Part shown: positions 1 to 9,977 of the stretch, piece after piece
Layout of the letters: each line of letters begins with the position of its first letter
How positions within the stretch are numbered: the first letter of the stretch is position 1
Source: Betaproteobacteria bacterium
Lineage (GTDB): Bacteria; Pseudomonadota; Gammaproteobacteria; Burkholderiales; JACQAP01
Direction: 5' to 3'
Length of the DNA stretch: 49,326 nucleotides
Assembly: GCA_025351455.1 (NCBI GenBank)
Contig: JANXVW010000264.1
Coordinates: 1 to 49,326 of the forward strand
Position numbers and translations under genes: made by a program
Notes under the pieces: generated by a model
What the model was told of the DNA's origin: nothing
The model's input: only the letters and a program-made list of their open reading frames with translations
Database searches by the model: none

Positions 1-2
1 TG

Positions 3-764
3 TCCGTCCGCGGAAGGTTCCGTGCAACACGAATGCGCTACCTGGTCTGGGCCGCGATTGCAATCGGCCTGGGCGGGCTGGCGATGACCATTTCGCGCAG
101 CGCCATTCTGGCTTGCCTTTTCGTATCCGCGATCACCCTGCTGGCGTTCAACAGCTGGAATGCGATCGTCAAACTGGCGATTTTCGGATGCGTGATGGCC
201 ATTGCGACGCCCCTTGCACTCATGCCGGCGGCAACATGGCTGAAAATCCTGCCCGTGACGGTTGCGGATCGTTTCGTGACCTTGCAGGAGGACCTGGAGA
301 TCCGCCACAAAATCTGGTTCGATACCTGGGACATGTTTGCCGATCACCCGCTGACGGGGATCGGCCCCGGCAGCTTCAGGCCTTATCTCATCAAAACGCA
401 GCCGACCGTTGTGGATCATTACGGTTACGGGGCCGAAGCGGGTTTTGGCTACATTCCCGATCAACCGGAAAGCGGCTATCTCAAGGTGCTCTACGAAGGG
501 GGGATTCTCGGCTCGATTGCCGCGCTCCTGGTGGCCGCTGATGCGCTGAGGCGGACCATGGTCCTGGTACTCAGTAAATATTCGAGCCCGGAAGCCCGCA
601 CCGAGGGCATCGCGGCGCTTGCGGGCATCATCACCTTCGGCACAACGTTCGTCACCCTGTATACCCCGAGCGACCCGCGGGTAGCGGCGCTTTTCGCGTT
701 CTTTCTGGCCGTCATCTGGCATCGCTCGCTGCAGCTTGCGCAGACGGCGCAGAACGCAAAGTAG
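3..764 (+). CDS. O-antigen ligase/Wzy-family polymerase, C-terminal part (5'-truncated by window edge)
   Basis: Frame is open to the window start. Multiple TM segments; 'TISRSAIL', 'R..IW..TWDMFADHPLTGIGPGSF' and 'ES.YLKVLYEGGILG' match the Wzy_C/WaaL pattern. Confidence 0.8.
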   Translation, partial: SVRGRFRATRMRYLVWAAIAIGLGGLAMTISRSAILACLFVSAITLLAFNSWNAIVKLAIFGCVMAIATPLALMPAATWLKILPVTVADRFVTLQEDLEIRHKIWFDTWDMFADHPLTGIGPGSFRPYLIKTQPTVVDHYGYGAEAGFGYIPDQPESGYLKVLYEGGILGSIAALLVAADALRRTMVLVLSKYSSPEARTEGIAALAGIITFGTTFVTLYTPSDPRVAALFAFFLAVIWHRSLQLAQTAQNAK

Positions 765-770
765 ATTGCG

Positions 771-2300
771 ATGGAAAACACCTTGGACGAAGCCGGACCA
801 CGCAGGCTCATCGGTCGCGCATCGATCGTCGCCGCAGGAGCCATATACCGGCAGGGCATATCGTTTATTTCAGGGCTGATCGTGGCGCGCGTCATCGGCG
901 CAGCCGACTATGGAATCTTCAACCTGGCGCGCAACCTGGTGGACATGACGGGAATATTTACGCGGCTGGGGCTCGATCTGGGACTGCAAAGGTACTTCGG
1001 CGAGAGCAACACCGCGCAAGACCGCGCCTCGCGTACCGAAATGCTCATGCGTGTGCGCATGCTGACCTGCATGCTCGCACTGCTGCCGGTGATTGCTGTC
1101 GCGCTCGGCCTGGGCCGGTTTCTCGAGGCAAATGTCTATCACTATTCCCGCTTTGCCGAAGTCCTGCTGTGTTTGTCGCTGGCGCTTCCTTTCCTGACCG
1201 ATATTGGCGTACTGGGAGGCGCATACCGCGGCATCCTCAAGCTCACTCCGAGCGTGGTTGCGGAGTGCGTCCTGCTGCCGACCATGCGGCTTGCGGTGAT
1301 CGTCATTCTGTTCATGGCCGGATGGCGTCTGTGGGCCGTCGTCGCGGGAACCACGCTGGGGTCGGTCCTGGCTTCGGCGTTCCTCGCCATGCGTGCACGC
1401 TCCGATTTCGCCGGTGTCGCCCAAGCCCGGCCGCAATCGTGGAGCAGCACGTTCCGGGTCGTGGGTTACTCGAGCGTCCTGGCAGGGTCGATGGTCGTCA
1501 CTTCTCTGACAACGAACATGGACACGCTGATGATCGGTCATTTCAGAACCGCGCAGGAACTGGGACAGTATTCACTGGTGAAAACGCTGCTGATCCTGAC
1601 GGGCGTGTTCGGTGCCGCATGCGGCCAGGGCCTGGAAGCATTGGTCGCCGATCGGTACTTTCGTGGCGACATTCACGGGATGGTGCATGTAATGTCGGTC
1701 ACCGCCAGGCTGATTGCATTGGTGACGGTGCCGTTTTTTTGCGTTTTTCTGTTTTGGGGCGCGCAGATCACCCACCTTTTTGGCCCCTCGTTTGCGACGT
1801 CTCAAACCGTGGTCAGCTGGCTGGCCGCCGGACCGTTTGTCGCCATGATTTTCTGGCCGTCCGCCACTGCGCTGTCGATGACCGGCAAGCACTTCCTCGA
1901 ACTGAGGATTCTTTGCGTTGGCCTGGTCATTGCCACCCTGCTGTGCTGGGTTGCGGTGCCCGCGTACGGCCAGCTCGGAGCCGCCGTTGCGATATTGACC
2001 TCGGTGGTATTTGCAAATCTTGCGCGGGTCGTGGTCGTGCGCCGCTCGCTGGGAGCCTTCCCGTTTCGCGGCGATATCTTCCTCATCACCGCGGTGGGGA
2101 TCGCGCTGGCGTGGGTCAGCGCCCTGGTGGTGGCGCAGTTTGCGCTGCCCTCGGTCTGGAGCGCCGTCTGCGGAATCGGATGCTTCGTTCTGGTATATGG
2201 CGCCGCCGGCTGGATGCACCTGCTGAACGAATCGGAAAGAAGCGGTATCCGTGCCGCGGTCCGAAGTGCGGCCCAAATGCTGTTCAACAAATGGAACTGA
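771..2300 (+). CDS. wzx: Wzx-type polysaccharide flippase
   Basis: 509 aa with ~12-14 hydrophobic segments; 'IVARVIGAADYGIF' N-terminal pattern; 'DTLMIGHF...LGQYS' and 'VPAYGQLGAAVA'; EPS context. Confidence 0.85.
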   Translation: MENTLDEAGPRRLIGRASIVAAGAIYRQGISFISGLIVARVIGAADYGIFNLARNLVDMTGIFTRLGLDLGLQRYFGESNTAQDRASRTEMLMRVRMLTCMLALLPVIAVALGLGRFLEANVYHYSRFAEVLLCLSLALPFLTDIGVLGGAYRGILKLTPSVVAECVLLPTMRLAVIVILFMAGWRLWAVVAGTTLGSVLASAFLAMRARSDFAGVAQARPQSWSSTFRVVGYSSVLAGSMVVTSLTTNMDTLMIGHFRTAQELGQYSLVKTLLILTGVFGAACGQGLEALVADRYFRGDIHGMVHVMSVTARLIALVTVPFFCVFLFWGAQITHLFGPSFATSQTVVSWLAAGPFVAMIFWPSATALSMTGKHFLELRILCVGLVIATLLCWVAVPAYGQLGAAVAILTSVVFANLARVVVVRRSLGAFPFRGDIFLITAVGIALAWVSALVVAQFALPSVWSAVCGIGCFVLVYGAAGWMHLLNESERSGIRAAVRSAAQMLFNKWN

Positions 2301-2420
2301 GAGCCGCAGGCAATCAATGATGAGGATCAACATGTCAACAAGCGCAATGCGCACCCCGCCCCACTCAGTCCGCAGCGAAAGGCCCCCGATGAACCTTCTT
2401 ACTCGCCACAGGAGTGCGGC

Positions 2421-3506
2421 ATGACCCTTCAACTCATGGCTGTCGGCTGCGGGACGGTGTTCGACCAATACTACAAGTGCGCGCTGAAAAAGCTCGAGTC
2501 GCGTGGCATTGTCCGTGTCGTCGCACTCGTCGATCCCAATCCGGGACGCATCGCCGCCATCGCGAAAGACTTTCCGTCGGCCCGCGCTTTTACCACCCCC
2601 GCCGACGCATACGCACTGACGACGCCGGATCTCACGATCATTGCGTCTCCGCCGAACTGGCACGCCGAGCACGCGATCGCCGCCTTCGACGCGGGCAGCC
2701 ACGTGCTTTGCGAAAAGCCGATGGCTGCCAGCATCGATGATGCAGAACGCATGGTCGCGGCCGCGCGGAGCGCACGGCGCGTCCTGGCTGTCGGCATGAC
2801 CCGACGCATGTATCCGTGCCTGGCCGAGGCGCGGGCGCTTCTCGCCTCCGGTGCTCTTGGCGATGACTTGAGCTTCGTCTACCGGGAAGGCGGCGTGTAT
2901 GGCTGGCCGGTGAGTACCGATTTCCCTTTTCGCCGCGCAACCGCCGGCGGCGGCGTGCTCATCGACAAGGGCACGCACGTGCTCGACTTCCTGGCTGCGC
3001 TGCTCGGACGGCCCACCGCAGCGACGTATGCGGATGATGGCTACACCGATGGCGTGGAAACTAACTGTCAAATCGGTGTCGAATTTCCTCGCGCCAGCGG
3101 CACGGTGCAATTGTCCTGGAGCCAACCACTGGTGAACGGTTTCCACATCGCCGGTTCGGCCGGTGAGTTGACATTGCATCCGTGGCGGCTCGACGCCGTG
3201 CGGTTGCGACAAAATGGCGGCGCCTGGGAGACGCGAGTCAGCGCGGCCACCTGGCCCAGCGACCTGCGGATGGGAGGCAAGCGCGGAACGCCCTGGACCT
3301 ACGAGGAGTGCGTGTACTACCAGATCGTGCAATCGCTGCGCGCGGTGGTGCACGGGGAACAGGTGCCCGTCACCGGCGAAGACGGGCTGGCGATCGTGCA
3401 TGCGATCGACGCATGCTATCGGCAGGCGAAGCCACTGCGCCTTGCGTGGCTGTCGGAGGCCGAGCAGGCGCGAGCGGACTCCCATCACTGGAGCCGGCGA
3501 CAATGA
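2421..3506 (+). CDS. Gfo/Idh/MocA family oxidoreductase
   Basis: 'VGCG' Rossmann start; 'HVLCEKPMA'; 'GGGVLIDKGTHVLD'; RBS CAGGAG upstream. Confidence 0.9.
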   Translation: MTLQLMAVGCGTVFDQYYKCALKKLESRGIVRVVALVDPNPGRIAAIAKDFPSARAFTTPADAYALTTPDLTIIASPPNWHAEHAIAAFDAGSHVLCEKPMAASIDDAERMVAAARSARRVLAVGMTRRMYPCLAEARALLASGALGDDLSFVYREGGVYGWPVSTDFPFRRATAGGGVLIDKGTHVLDFLAALLGRPTAATYADDGYTDGVETNCQIGVEFPRASGTVQLSWSQPLVNGFHIAGSAGELTLHPWRLDAVRLRQNGGAWETRVSAATWPSDLRMGGKRGTPWTYEECVYYQIVQSLRAVVHGEQVPVTGEDGLAIVHAIDACYRQAKPLRLAWLSEAEQARADSHHWSRRQ

Positions 3507-4621
3507 GCGGCGCAATAGCGGTCCTGGGGGCCGGCGGGTTCGTCGGCGCCCGTTTGCTCGAGATGTCCGTTCTTGCCGGCCGCACGGACATCGTCCCCAT
3601 AGTGCGCGCCTTTCGCAGCGTCGCCCGGGTTGCGAACCTCGGCATGTCGCACCGACTGGGGGATGCTTCCCAACCCGAGTCGCTCGAGCGGGCACTGGCC
3701 GGGTGCGAGGTCGTGGTGAATCTCACCACAGGCGACCCGGCTGACATCCTGCGCACGACCCAGAACATATACCACGCGGCCGTCGCCAGCGGCGCGCGCC
3801 TGCTGATCCACCTGAGCTCGGCCACCGTCTACGGCCAGGTCGAACAACCCGGCCTCGCCGACGACGCACCGCCCCAGCTCGATCACTGGATGCCCTACGC
3901 GCGCGAGAAGGGCCTCGCGGAGAATTTCCTGCGTGACCGGATGGCCGAAGGGCAGATCACGATCGTGGTATTGCGCCCCGGCTTGATCTGGGGGCCGCGT
4001 TCGCCGTGGGTCATCCGGCCAGCCGTCGAGCTCGTCGGCGGCAGCGCCTATCTGGTCGGCGACGGCGGAGGCATCTGCAACTTGATCTACGTGGACAATC
4101 TGATACGCAGCATCGACGCCGTGGTGGCGCATCCGCAGCCGGTCTCTGGGTTCTACAACGTCGCCGACGACGAGACGACGACGTGGCGTGAGTACTATGC
4201 GGCATTGGCAACCGGTCTCGGCGTGGACGCGGCGACAGTCCACACAGTACCGGCTGACCGCTATCGCACGGGCCTGGGCGGCCTGGCGGAAGAACTCAAG
4301 AAGCTGCCCCCTTACCAGTGGCTCAAATACCGCCTGTCGCCCGAGACGAAAAGCGCCATCAAGCTGCGACTCAGGCTCGCCTTCGGGCGCGACCGGCCGG
4401 CACAGACGGACGGCAACGCGAGCCCGGATGTGACACGGGACATGTGGCACCTGCAGACCACGCGGTGTCCGTTGCCGACTTCCAAGTTCCGGGCGACGTT
4501 CGGCCACCGGAACCCAAGCTCCTTTGCCTCCGGGCTGGCCGCGTCGCTGGCCTGGCTGCGGTTCACCGGGTTTGATCAAAACAACCTGCAGGACAACCAT
4601 GGCCGACGAGGAGCCCCTTGA
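3503..4621 (+). CDS. NAD-dependent epimerase/dehydratase (extended SDR)
   Basis: 'VLGAGGFVG', 'HLSSATVYG', YxxxK ('YAREK'), 'LRPGLIWGP'. Start reassigned to ATG 3503 (ATGA overlap with the upstream stop). Confidence 0.85.
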   Translation: MSGAIAVLGAGGFVGARLLEMSVLAGRTDIVPIVRAFRSVARVANLGMSHRLGDASQPESLERALAGCEVVVNLTTGDPADILRTTQNIYHAAVASGARLLIHLSSATVYGQVEQPGLADDAPPQLDHWMPYAREKGLAENFLRDRMAEGQITIVVLRPGLIWGPRSPWVIRPAVELVGGSAYLVGDGGGICNLIYVDNLIRSIDAVVAHPQPVSGFYNVADDETTTWREYYAALATGLGVDAATVHTVPADRYRTGLGGLAEELKKLPPYQWLKYRLSPETKSAIKLRLRLAFGRDRPAQTDGNASPDVTRDMWHLQTTRCPLPTSKFRATFGHRNPSSFASGLAASLAWLRFTGFDQNNLQDNHGRRGAP

Positions 4622-7389
4622 GAATCGCACTTCTGGCACTGCATTTTGCCGAGTATGCAGCCCGTCTTGCGCTCGCCCTTTCGGCCAAACACGAGGTGCT
4701 GCTCGTGCTGCGTTCGAGCAATGCCAAGAGCGAACTGACGGAGGACCTGCGCGCGCTGCTTCACACAAAGGTGACCGTGCGATCACTCGAACCTGGAAGG
4801 ATGAGAGACCCGCGCACGCTCGGCACCAGTCTCAGAGTAAACAGGATGCTCCGGGATTTCTCCCCCGACGTTTTGCACATACAGGAGGTTCACCCCGTAT
4901 TGGTGGGATGGACGTTGCTCTCGTGTCGCCGCCGCATCCCGGTCGTCCTCACCGTGCACGATCCTGTTCATCATTCCGGCGGGCTTCACAAGCACAGCTG
5001 GCAATGGAGGATCGTTACCTGGTTCCGCCGCAAGGCAAGCCGGGTGATCGTTCACGGACCGGCCATGCACACCGAACTCGAAAACCTGGATGGTCGCATT
5101 GCAGGACGCGTTGACGTCATTCCACATGGCATACTCGGCCGGTCCGAAATCGACGACGATATATCGGGGCACGAGCCTGGCGCCTTTCTGTTCTTCGGCC
5201 GTGTCCTGGCCTACAAGGGTCTGCGCTATCTCCTGGATGCCGGCGATCTTCTACGCAGTCGGGGACAGGCTTTCCGGCTGATCGTGGCCGGAGCGGGCAG
5301 CGACCTGGAGCTTCATCGCTCGCGAATCGCAGCCAGTCCCTGGATCGAATTGATCGACCGCTATATTTCGGCAGCGGAAGTGCCGGGCTTGTTCCGCCGC
5401 GCAATGGCGGTGGTGTTGCCTTATACCGATGCAACCCAGAGTGGCGTAGGTGCAATGGCATTGGGCTGTGCACGGCCGGTCATCGCGACCGACGTAGGCG
5501 ACGTCCCCGACGTCGTGATCGATGGCCGGACTGGATTGATTGTGCCGCCGCGCGATGGGAATGCGCTCGCGGAAGCCATGCAAAAGCTGCTGGCCGATCG
5601 CTCATTGCGCGATTCGCTGGCGGCGGGCGCTGCCGGTTTCGCAACAGAGAAGTTGTGCTGGTCGCGCATCGCTGAACTGACGGTTGGCTCCTATCGTCAC
5701 GCGATCAATCCGCATTTAGCCAGGCAGGCGGAGGGCAACGGTTCGGCGCTGATCGGCATCCAACCCGCGAATCCCATAACGCCGAATCCCATTAGGCTAG
5801 GCGTCCTGCTGGATGGGAAAATTCAGGAAGGCTGGGTGCTCGACGCCGTGCGACAGGCTCTGGCCGTGCCGGGCGCCAGATTGGCGGCTGTCGCACTCGC
5901 CCGCGGAATAGTCCGCAAATCGTTTGCCTCTCGCCTCCACAGTCTTTTGGACGGAATCGACAGGCGCTTGCGATGCCGGGGAGAACGGCTGTTCATTCCC
6001 ACCAACATAGCCGCCGAATTCGACGCACCGCTGCTCAATGTCGAGGGCGCCTGCCACAGTGACGGCTGGTGCCTGGACGAGGCCGGGGCCGCTGCCTTGC
6101 GACAGCGCGAGGTCGATGTATGGTTGTGTTTTGCGGCTAATCCGCCGCGCCGGCCGATGAACCCCGTTTCCCGCCTGGGCGTGTGGGGCATCGAGATCGG
6201 ACAGCACGTATCGGCAACGAGCATCTGGGGAGGGGTGATGGAACTGGCCGCGGAGAGCCCGGTTACCATGGTGAGTGTGATTGATTACGCGGCTCCCCAG
6301 GACAGTCTGCTGTACCGGACCTTCGGCGCGACCATCACGAACTCGGTCCGGCGCAATCGCCTGGGTTCGATGCACAAAGGAATCAGTTTCTTCAAACGGA
6401 TACTGGAACGTCGCGCACGCGATGGGATTGCCTGGCATCGCGCCAAGTCCCTGGCGCCGGTGCCCGCGCGCTATCCGATGCTGCGTGAGCCGACGGTTGG
6501 CGCCACCGTCCGCCTGGCCTGGCGCCTGGCGTCAAATGTGGCCGCCACGCGCTGGCGCTCCCTGAACTGGCGGGATCAGTGGCAGGTGGCCTATTACTTT
6601 GCCGAAGAGGGTGAACTGAACTTCCGGTTTGAACGATTGCGCTACCTCGTGCCTCCCAAGGACCGCTTCTGGGCCGATCCATTCGCAGTCGAACATGAGG
6701 GCCGTTACTTCATTTTCTTCGAGGAATTGGCATTCAGCACGCAGAAGGGCCGCATCATGGCCGTCGAGGTCTTCGAGAACGGCGAATCCGGCGAACCGCA
6801 AGTCGCGCTCGAGTGTCCCTATCACGTCTCGTATCCGTTCGTTTTCACCTGGGAAGGTTCGCTGTACATGCTGCCGGAGACTGCCGCGAACGGCACGGTC
6901 GAGGTTTACCGTTGCGAGGAGTTTCCGCTGAAATGGAAGCTTCACCGCGTTTTCCTTGAAAACATCAGCGCCTACGACGCCACCCTGTGGAAGGACGACG
7001 ATCGCTGGTGGATGTTCGTCAACGTCGCGGAGCCCGGCGCGGACAGCAGCGACGAGCTTCATCTGTATTGGAGCATGACGCCGCTCGGCCCCTGGACGGC
7101 CCATCGCGCCAACCCGGTTGTTTCCGACGTGCGGTGCACGCGACCCGCAGGGCCGCTGTTCTCGCGCGACGGGGTGCTTTATCGACCGAGTCAGGACTGC
7201 TCCCTGGCCTATGGACACTCCGTGTTGATCAATCGGGTGGATGTGCTGCGTGATGACGACTACCGGGAAACGACGGTGCATCGAATCTCACCGGGCTGGC
7301 GCAAGGATATTTTGCACGTTCATACGCTCGGCGGCAGTCACCGGCTGCGGGTTGTCGACTACCTGGTGAGCCGGCAGCAACGATTCTGA
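4618..7389 (+). CDS. Fusion: N-terminal GT4 glycosyltransferase + central domain + C-terminal GH43-like/GINT1-N-like five-bladed beta-propeller
   Basis: GT4 motifs 'FFGRVLAYKG', 'LPYTDATQSGV', 'PVIATDVG'. Propeller motifs 'FWADPF...YFIFFEE', 'YHVSYPFVF...YMLPET', 'RPAG...YRPSQDC...YG'. Confidence 0.8.
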   Translation: MRIALLALHFAEYAARLALALSAKHEVLLVLRSSNAKSELTEDLRALLHTKVTVRSLEPGRMRDPRTLGTSLRVNRMLRDFSPDVLHIQEVHPVLVGWTLLSCRRRIPVVLTVHDPVHHSGGLHKHSWQWRIVTWFRRKASRVIVHGPAMHTELENLDGRIAGRVDVIPHGILGRSEIDDDISGHEPGAFLFFGRVLAYKGLRYLLDAGDLLRSRGQAFRLIVAGAGSDLELHRSRIAASPWIELIDRYISAAEVPGLFRRAMAVVLPYTDATQSGVGAMALGCARPVIATDVGDVPDVVIDGRTGLIVPPRDGNALAEAMQKLLADRSLRDSLAAGAAGFATEKLCWSRIAELTVGSYRHAINPHLARQAEGNGSALIGIQPANPITPNPIRLGVLLDGKIQEGWVLDAVRQALAVPGARLAAVALARGIVRKSFASRLHSLLDGIDRRLRCRGERLFIPTNIAAEFDAPLLNVEGACHSDGWCLDEAGAAALRQREVDVWLCFAANPPRRPMNPVSRLGVWGIEIGQHVSATSIWGGVMELAAESPVTMVSVIDYAAPQDSLLYRTFGATITNSVRRNRLGSMHKGISFFKRILERRARDGIAWHRAKSLAPVPARYPMLREPTVGATVRLAWRLASNVAATRWRSLNWRDQWQVAYYFAEEGELNFRFERLRYLVPPKDRFWADPFAVEHEGRYFIFFEELAFSTQKGRIMAVEVFENGESGEPQVALECPYHVSYPFVFTWEGSLYMLPETAANGTVEVYRCEEFPLKWKLHRVFLENISAYDATLWKDDDRWWMFVNVAEPGADSSDELHLYWSMTPLGPWTAHRANPVVSDVRCTRPAGPLFSRDGVLYRPSQDCSLAYGHSVLINRVDVLRDDDYRETTVHRISPGWRKDILHVHTLGGSHRLRVVDYLVSRQQRF

Positions 7390-7417
7390 GGGAATGCCCG
7401 CGGGGTCGGGCAGCGTG

Positions 7418-8293
7418 CTAGGGTGCCGCCACGTCGTGGCGGACCACGTTGCCGTGGATCACCGAACTCGCTTGCCGGTAAGGTACATGGTAGTTGGCGA
7501 GCTTGAGGTAGCAGCCCTGTCCCGCATACAGCGTCGGTCCTTTGTGGGAGAGTTTCTTCACACCGTTCACCCAGGCGTCGAAGTAGCCGTCGGGACCCGA
7601 CGACCAGCGCACGTGGTAGACAAATTCATACCAGGCATTCTTCACAACCGGACCGATCGGCGCCGCGAATGCACCGTCGCCGGACTTCTCCCCGCCGTAG
7701 CCCCGGAAGCGAAGAATGGGAGGGTCGGGGTTTAACAGCGGATTACCCGGGTCGGGGGAGAGTGTCACGACCTCAGTATGGAAATTCGCTTGCCACGGTC
7801 CGGGGGCACTGTTATGGAAATCGAAGACGATGTTCCAGCTGGATGAATACTTCGCGCTCGCCGACGGGAATACGTAGTCGTCGGGAAACAGGACCGAGTG
7901 TTCCCACCACTGCTCCCGGCCCTCGTAGCAGCCGGTGTCCGCCTGGCTCAGATACATGTCCGTGCGCTCCATGTCACCGCTCGACGCAACGTTGTCATCG
8001 CCCGGTTCGGTACGCAACCGCAGCCCCGCTCTCCCGTCGCGGGCGACCTTCTCGATCGACGCGCGGCTCTGTGATTTCGCCTGCAAGTGCAATCCGCAGT
8101 CGGCGGGCGAACCGGAAAAGGTACATTGGAATTTCACCGTGGTCTTGATCTTCCTTACATCGCGCACGCCACCGCCTGGAGAGGCTTCCGAATATTTCAT
8201 TTCACCCTGGGCATCGCGCCAGACGTACAGGTCCGCGTGCCCGGTGACTGATACAAGAAAGACCGCGACCGCCGGACAAACCATCCTGAACAT
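7418..8293 (-). CDS. Secreted DUF4124 + polysaccharide-lyase-like (beta-jelly-roll) protein
   Basis: Signal peptide ending 'TGHA', then 'DLYVWRDAQGEMKYSE' (DUF4124-like). Lyase-like 'ERTD...WW..SVLFP', 'WYEFVYHVRWS...GYFDAWVNG', 'YLKLANYH'. Start 8293 has RBS AGAGGAG; ATG 8419 (RBS AAGGAGG) is an alternative. Confidence 0.65.
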   Translation of the reverse strand: MFRMVCPAVAVFLVSVTGHADLYVWRDAQGEMKYSEASPGGGVRDVRKIKTTVKFQCTFSGSPADCGLHLQAKSQSRASIEKVARDGRAGLRLRTEPGDDNVASSGDMERTDMYLSQADTGCYEGREQWWEHSVLFPDDYVFPSASAKYSSSWNIVFDFHNSAPGPWQANFHTEVVTLSPDPGNPLLNPDPPILRFRGYGGEKSGDGAFAAPIGPVVKNAWYEFVYHVRWSSGPDGYFDAWVNGVKKLSHKGPTLYAGQGCYLKLANYHVPYRQASSVIHGNVVRHDVAAP

Positions 8294-8406
8294 GACTCCT
8301 CTGCGGCCGCTGCGTGGCCTGCATGATCCCATTCGCGCTACAGGCGCAGGCGTGAACCCGGGTCCGGCACAAACAGCCCTTGCGGCGCCTGTGAGGAAAA
8401 CGCCTT

Positions 8407-9639
8407 TTATCGATTGCATTGTGCATTCCTCCTTGCATCCGCGCCGCGCCCCAGAAGTTTTTTCAGGACCGTTTTTCCCCGATGGATCCCGCGATGAATC
8501 CAGTAATCGCCGGCAGAACGAAAAACAATGATGCGATCGTTGAACCGCGTCCGGTTCGCAAACCGATACTTGAATGGTTCGGATCCGACGGTGAAGTCGA
8601 ACTCCTCCAGCCCTTTTTCGATTGCGTCATCGAGCAGAAATTTGAGCAGCACTTCCCCCGGAGACCGGGCGGCGAACTGCACGTCGAAGGCCGGCTTGTA
8701 CCAGATAAAGCGGCGCTGGTATTCGAATCCGAAATGAAAAGCCAGGGGCGCGTCGTCGAACAGAACCACATCGAAGCGCAGCCAGCCATGGCGCAACGTC
8801 TCCCTGATCAAGTCCCGGTAGAACACCTGCTGGGCCGGATCGTTGAACTGGCTGGGCGAACCCGCGTGCGCCCGCCTCGCTTTGTGCTGTTCGAAAAAAA
8901 CATCCAGGTAACCCAGGATTTCAGGTTCGCTTGTGCATCGGTGAAAGCGAAGGTCCCCCGATTTCTCGAAGAACCGGGTGTGCCTCTTCAGGCTGGATTT
9001 GTTTGCCGCCTTTCGATCGGCGTCGCGGTCGCCGAGGATGCGCACCGGTGCCTCCGCCTGAAACTCCACCGTGATTCTGGCGTCGCGGCGTTCAAAGTAC
9101 TCGAGGAGTCCGGCTTTATGGGGAGAATGGCTGGGGAAGTGGGACAGCTCGATGCGATCGCAGGCCGCGGCGTGCATCTCCTCCAGCAGCGCGGGTAGCG
9201 CCTGCGGCACAGCGGGATCCGTGATGAGGTCGCAGTAGTCGGAGGCGTGGTTGAGGCTGCCGATGAAGCAGACCTGACTGCGCACCCGGCCCAGCGGCCC
9301 CCTCTCCCGCACAATCATCATCGGTGCAATGCCCACCAGCCGGGAGCCCGCATACGCGAGGATCACAAACAGTTCATGGGAATCGCGGAACGCTTTCCAC
9401 CAGCAGGCGTGCCAGGCAAACGTCTGGAACACGCTGTGGTTCCCGGCGCGTTCCAGCAGCGCCGTCCACGCCGCTTCCGTGTCGGGAAGGTCGTCCCAGC
9501 TTCGCAGCCGAACTGTGCGGACGCGGGTCGGGTCACGGACCGGCGCCGTCCCCTGCCTTGCCTGCTTTTGCGCATCGAGGATGCGGTCCGGACGAAATGG
9601 ACCGCAGCGGTCCAACAGGGCCTGCGTCGAGTCCTTCAT
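8407..9639 (-). CDS. GNAT family acetyl/acyltransferase (CelD/BcsL, Acetyltransf_6-like)
   Basis: 'SVFQTFAW...WW', 'LVGIAPM', 'SDYCD', 'SPGEVLL...DFTVGSEPFKYRF'. Confidence 0.85.
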   Translation of the reverse strand: MKDSTQALLDRCGPFRPDRILDAQKQARQGTAPVRDPTRVRTVRLRSWDDLPDTEAAWTALLERAGNHSVFQTFAWHACWWKAFRDSHELFVILAYAGSRLVGIAPMMIVRERGPLGRVRSQVCFIGSLNHASDYCDLITDPAVPQALPALLEEMHAAACDRIELSHFPSHSPHKAGLLEYFERRDARITVEFQAEAPVRILGDRDADRKAANKSSLKRHTRFFEKSGDLRFHRCTSEPEILGYLDVFFEQHKARRAHAGSPSQFNDPAQQVFYRDLIRETLRHGWLRFDVVLFDDAPLAFHFGFEYQRRFIWYKPAFDVQFAARSPGEVLLKFLLDDAIEKGLEEFDFTVGSEPFKYRFANRTRFNDRIIVFRSAGDYWIHRGIHRGKTVLKKLLGRGADARRNAQCNR

Positions 9640-9977
9640 TCTGGGCGGATTTTCCGGGCGTCGGTCTGGCCAAAGCCACGCGGCTTGATCAGTCCGCGGG
9701 ATAAACGTGGTCCACCAAAAGTGGAAGTACCGGCAGCGTATCTGGTCAGGTTTTCGCCGCCGGGTACGGCTTCATGGTCCGAACGGATTATGCGGCCGGC
9801 AGGTTCTGCGGGAGTGAAGTGTAGGTCGTGCCCGGTAGATTGGCGATGCAGCGGGGTTGGGCAACCGTGCCGTCCCGCGACAGCGCAATTTCGAACGCGG
9901 ACTGCGGCATTCCGGCGCCGCAGCGGACCCCAACACATTGCCGGTCGTTTCCGATGGTATGAACCTGACCCGTCCCG

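Noticed and set aside
1572-3695. 707-aa minus-strand ORF
   Set aside because: Antisense shadow of wzx and the oxidoreductase in GC-rich DNA; no recognisable motifs.
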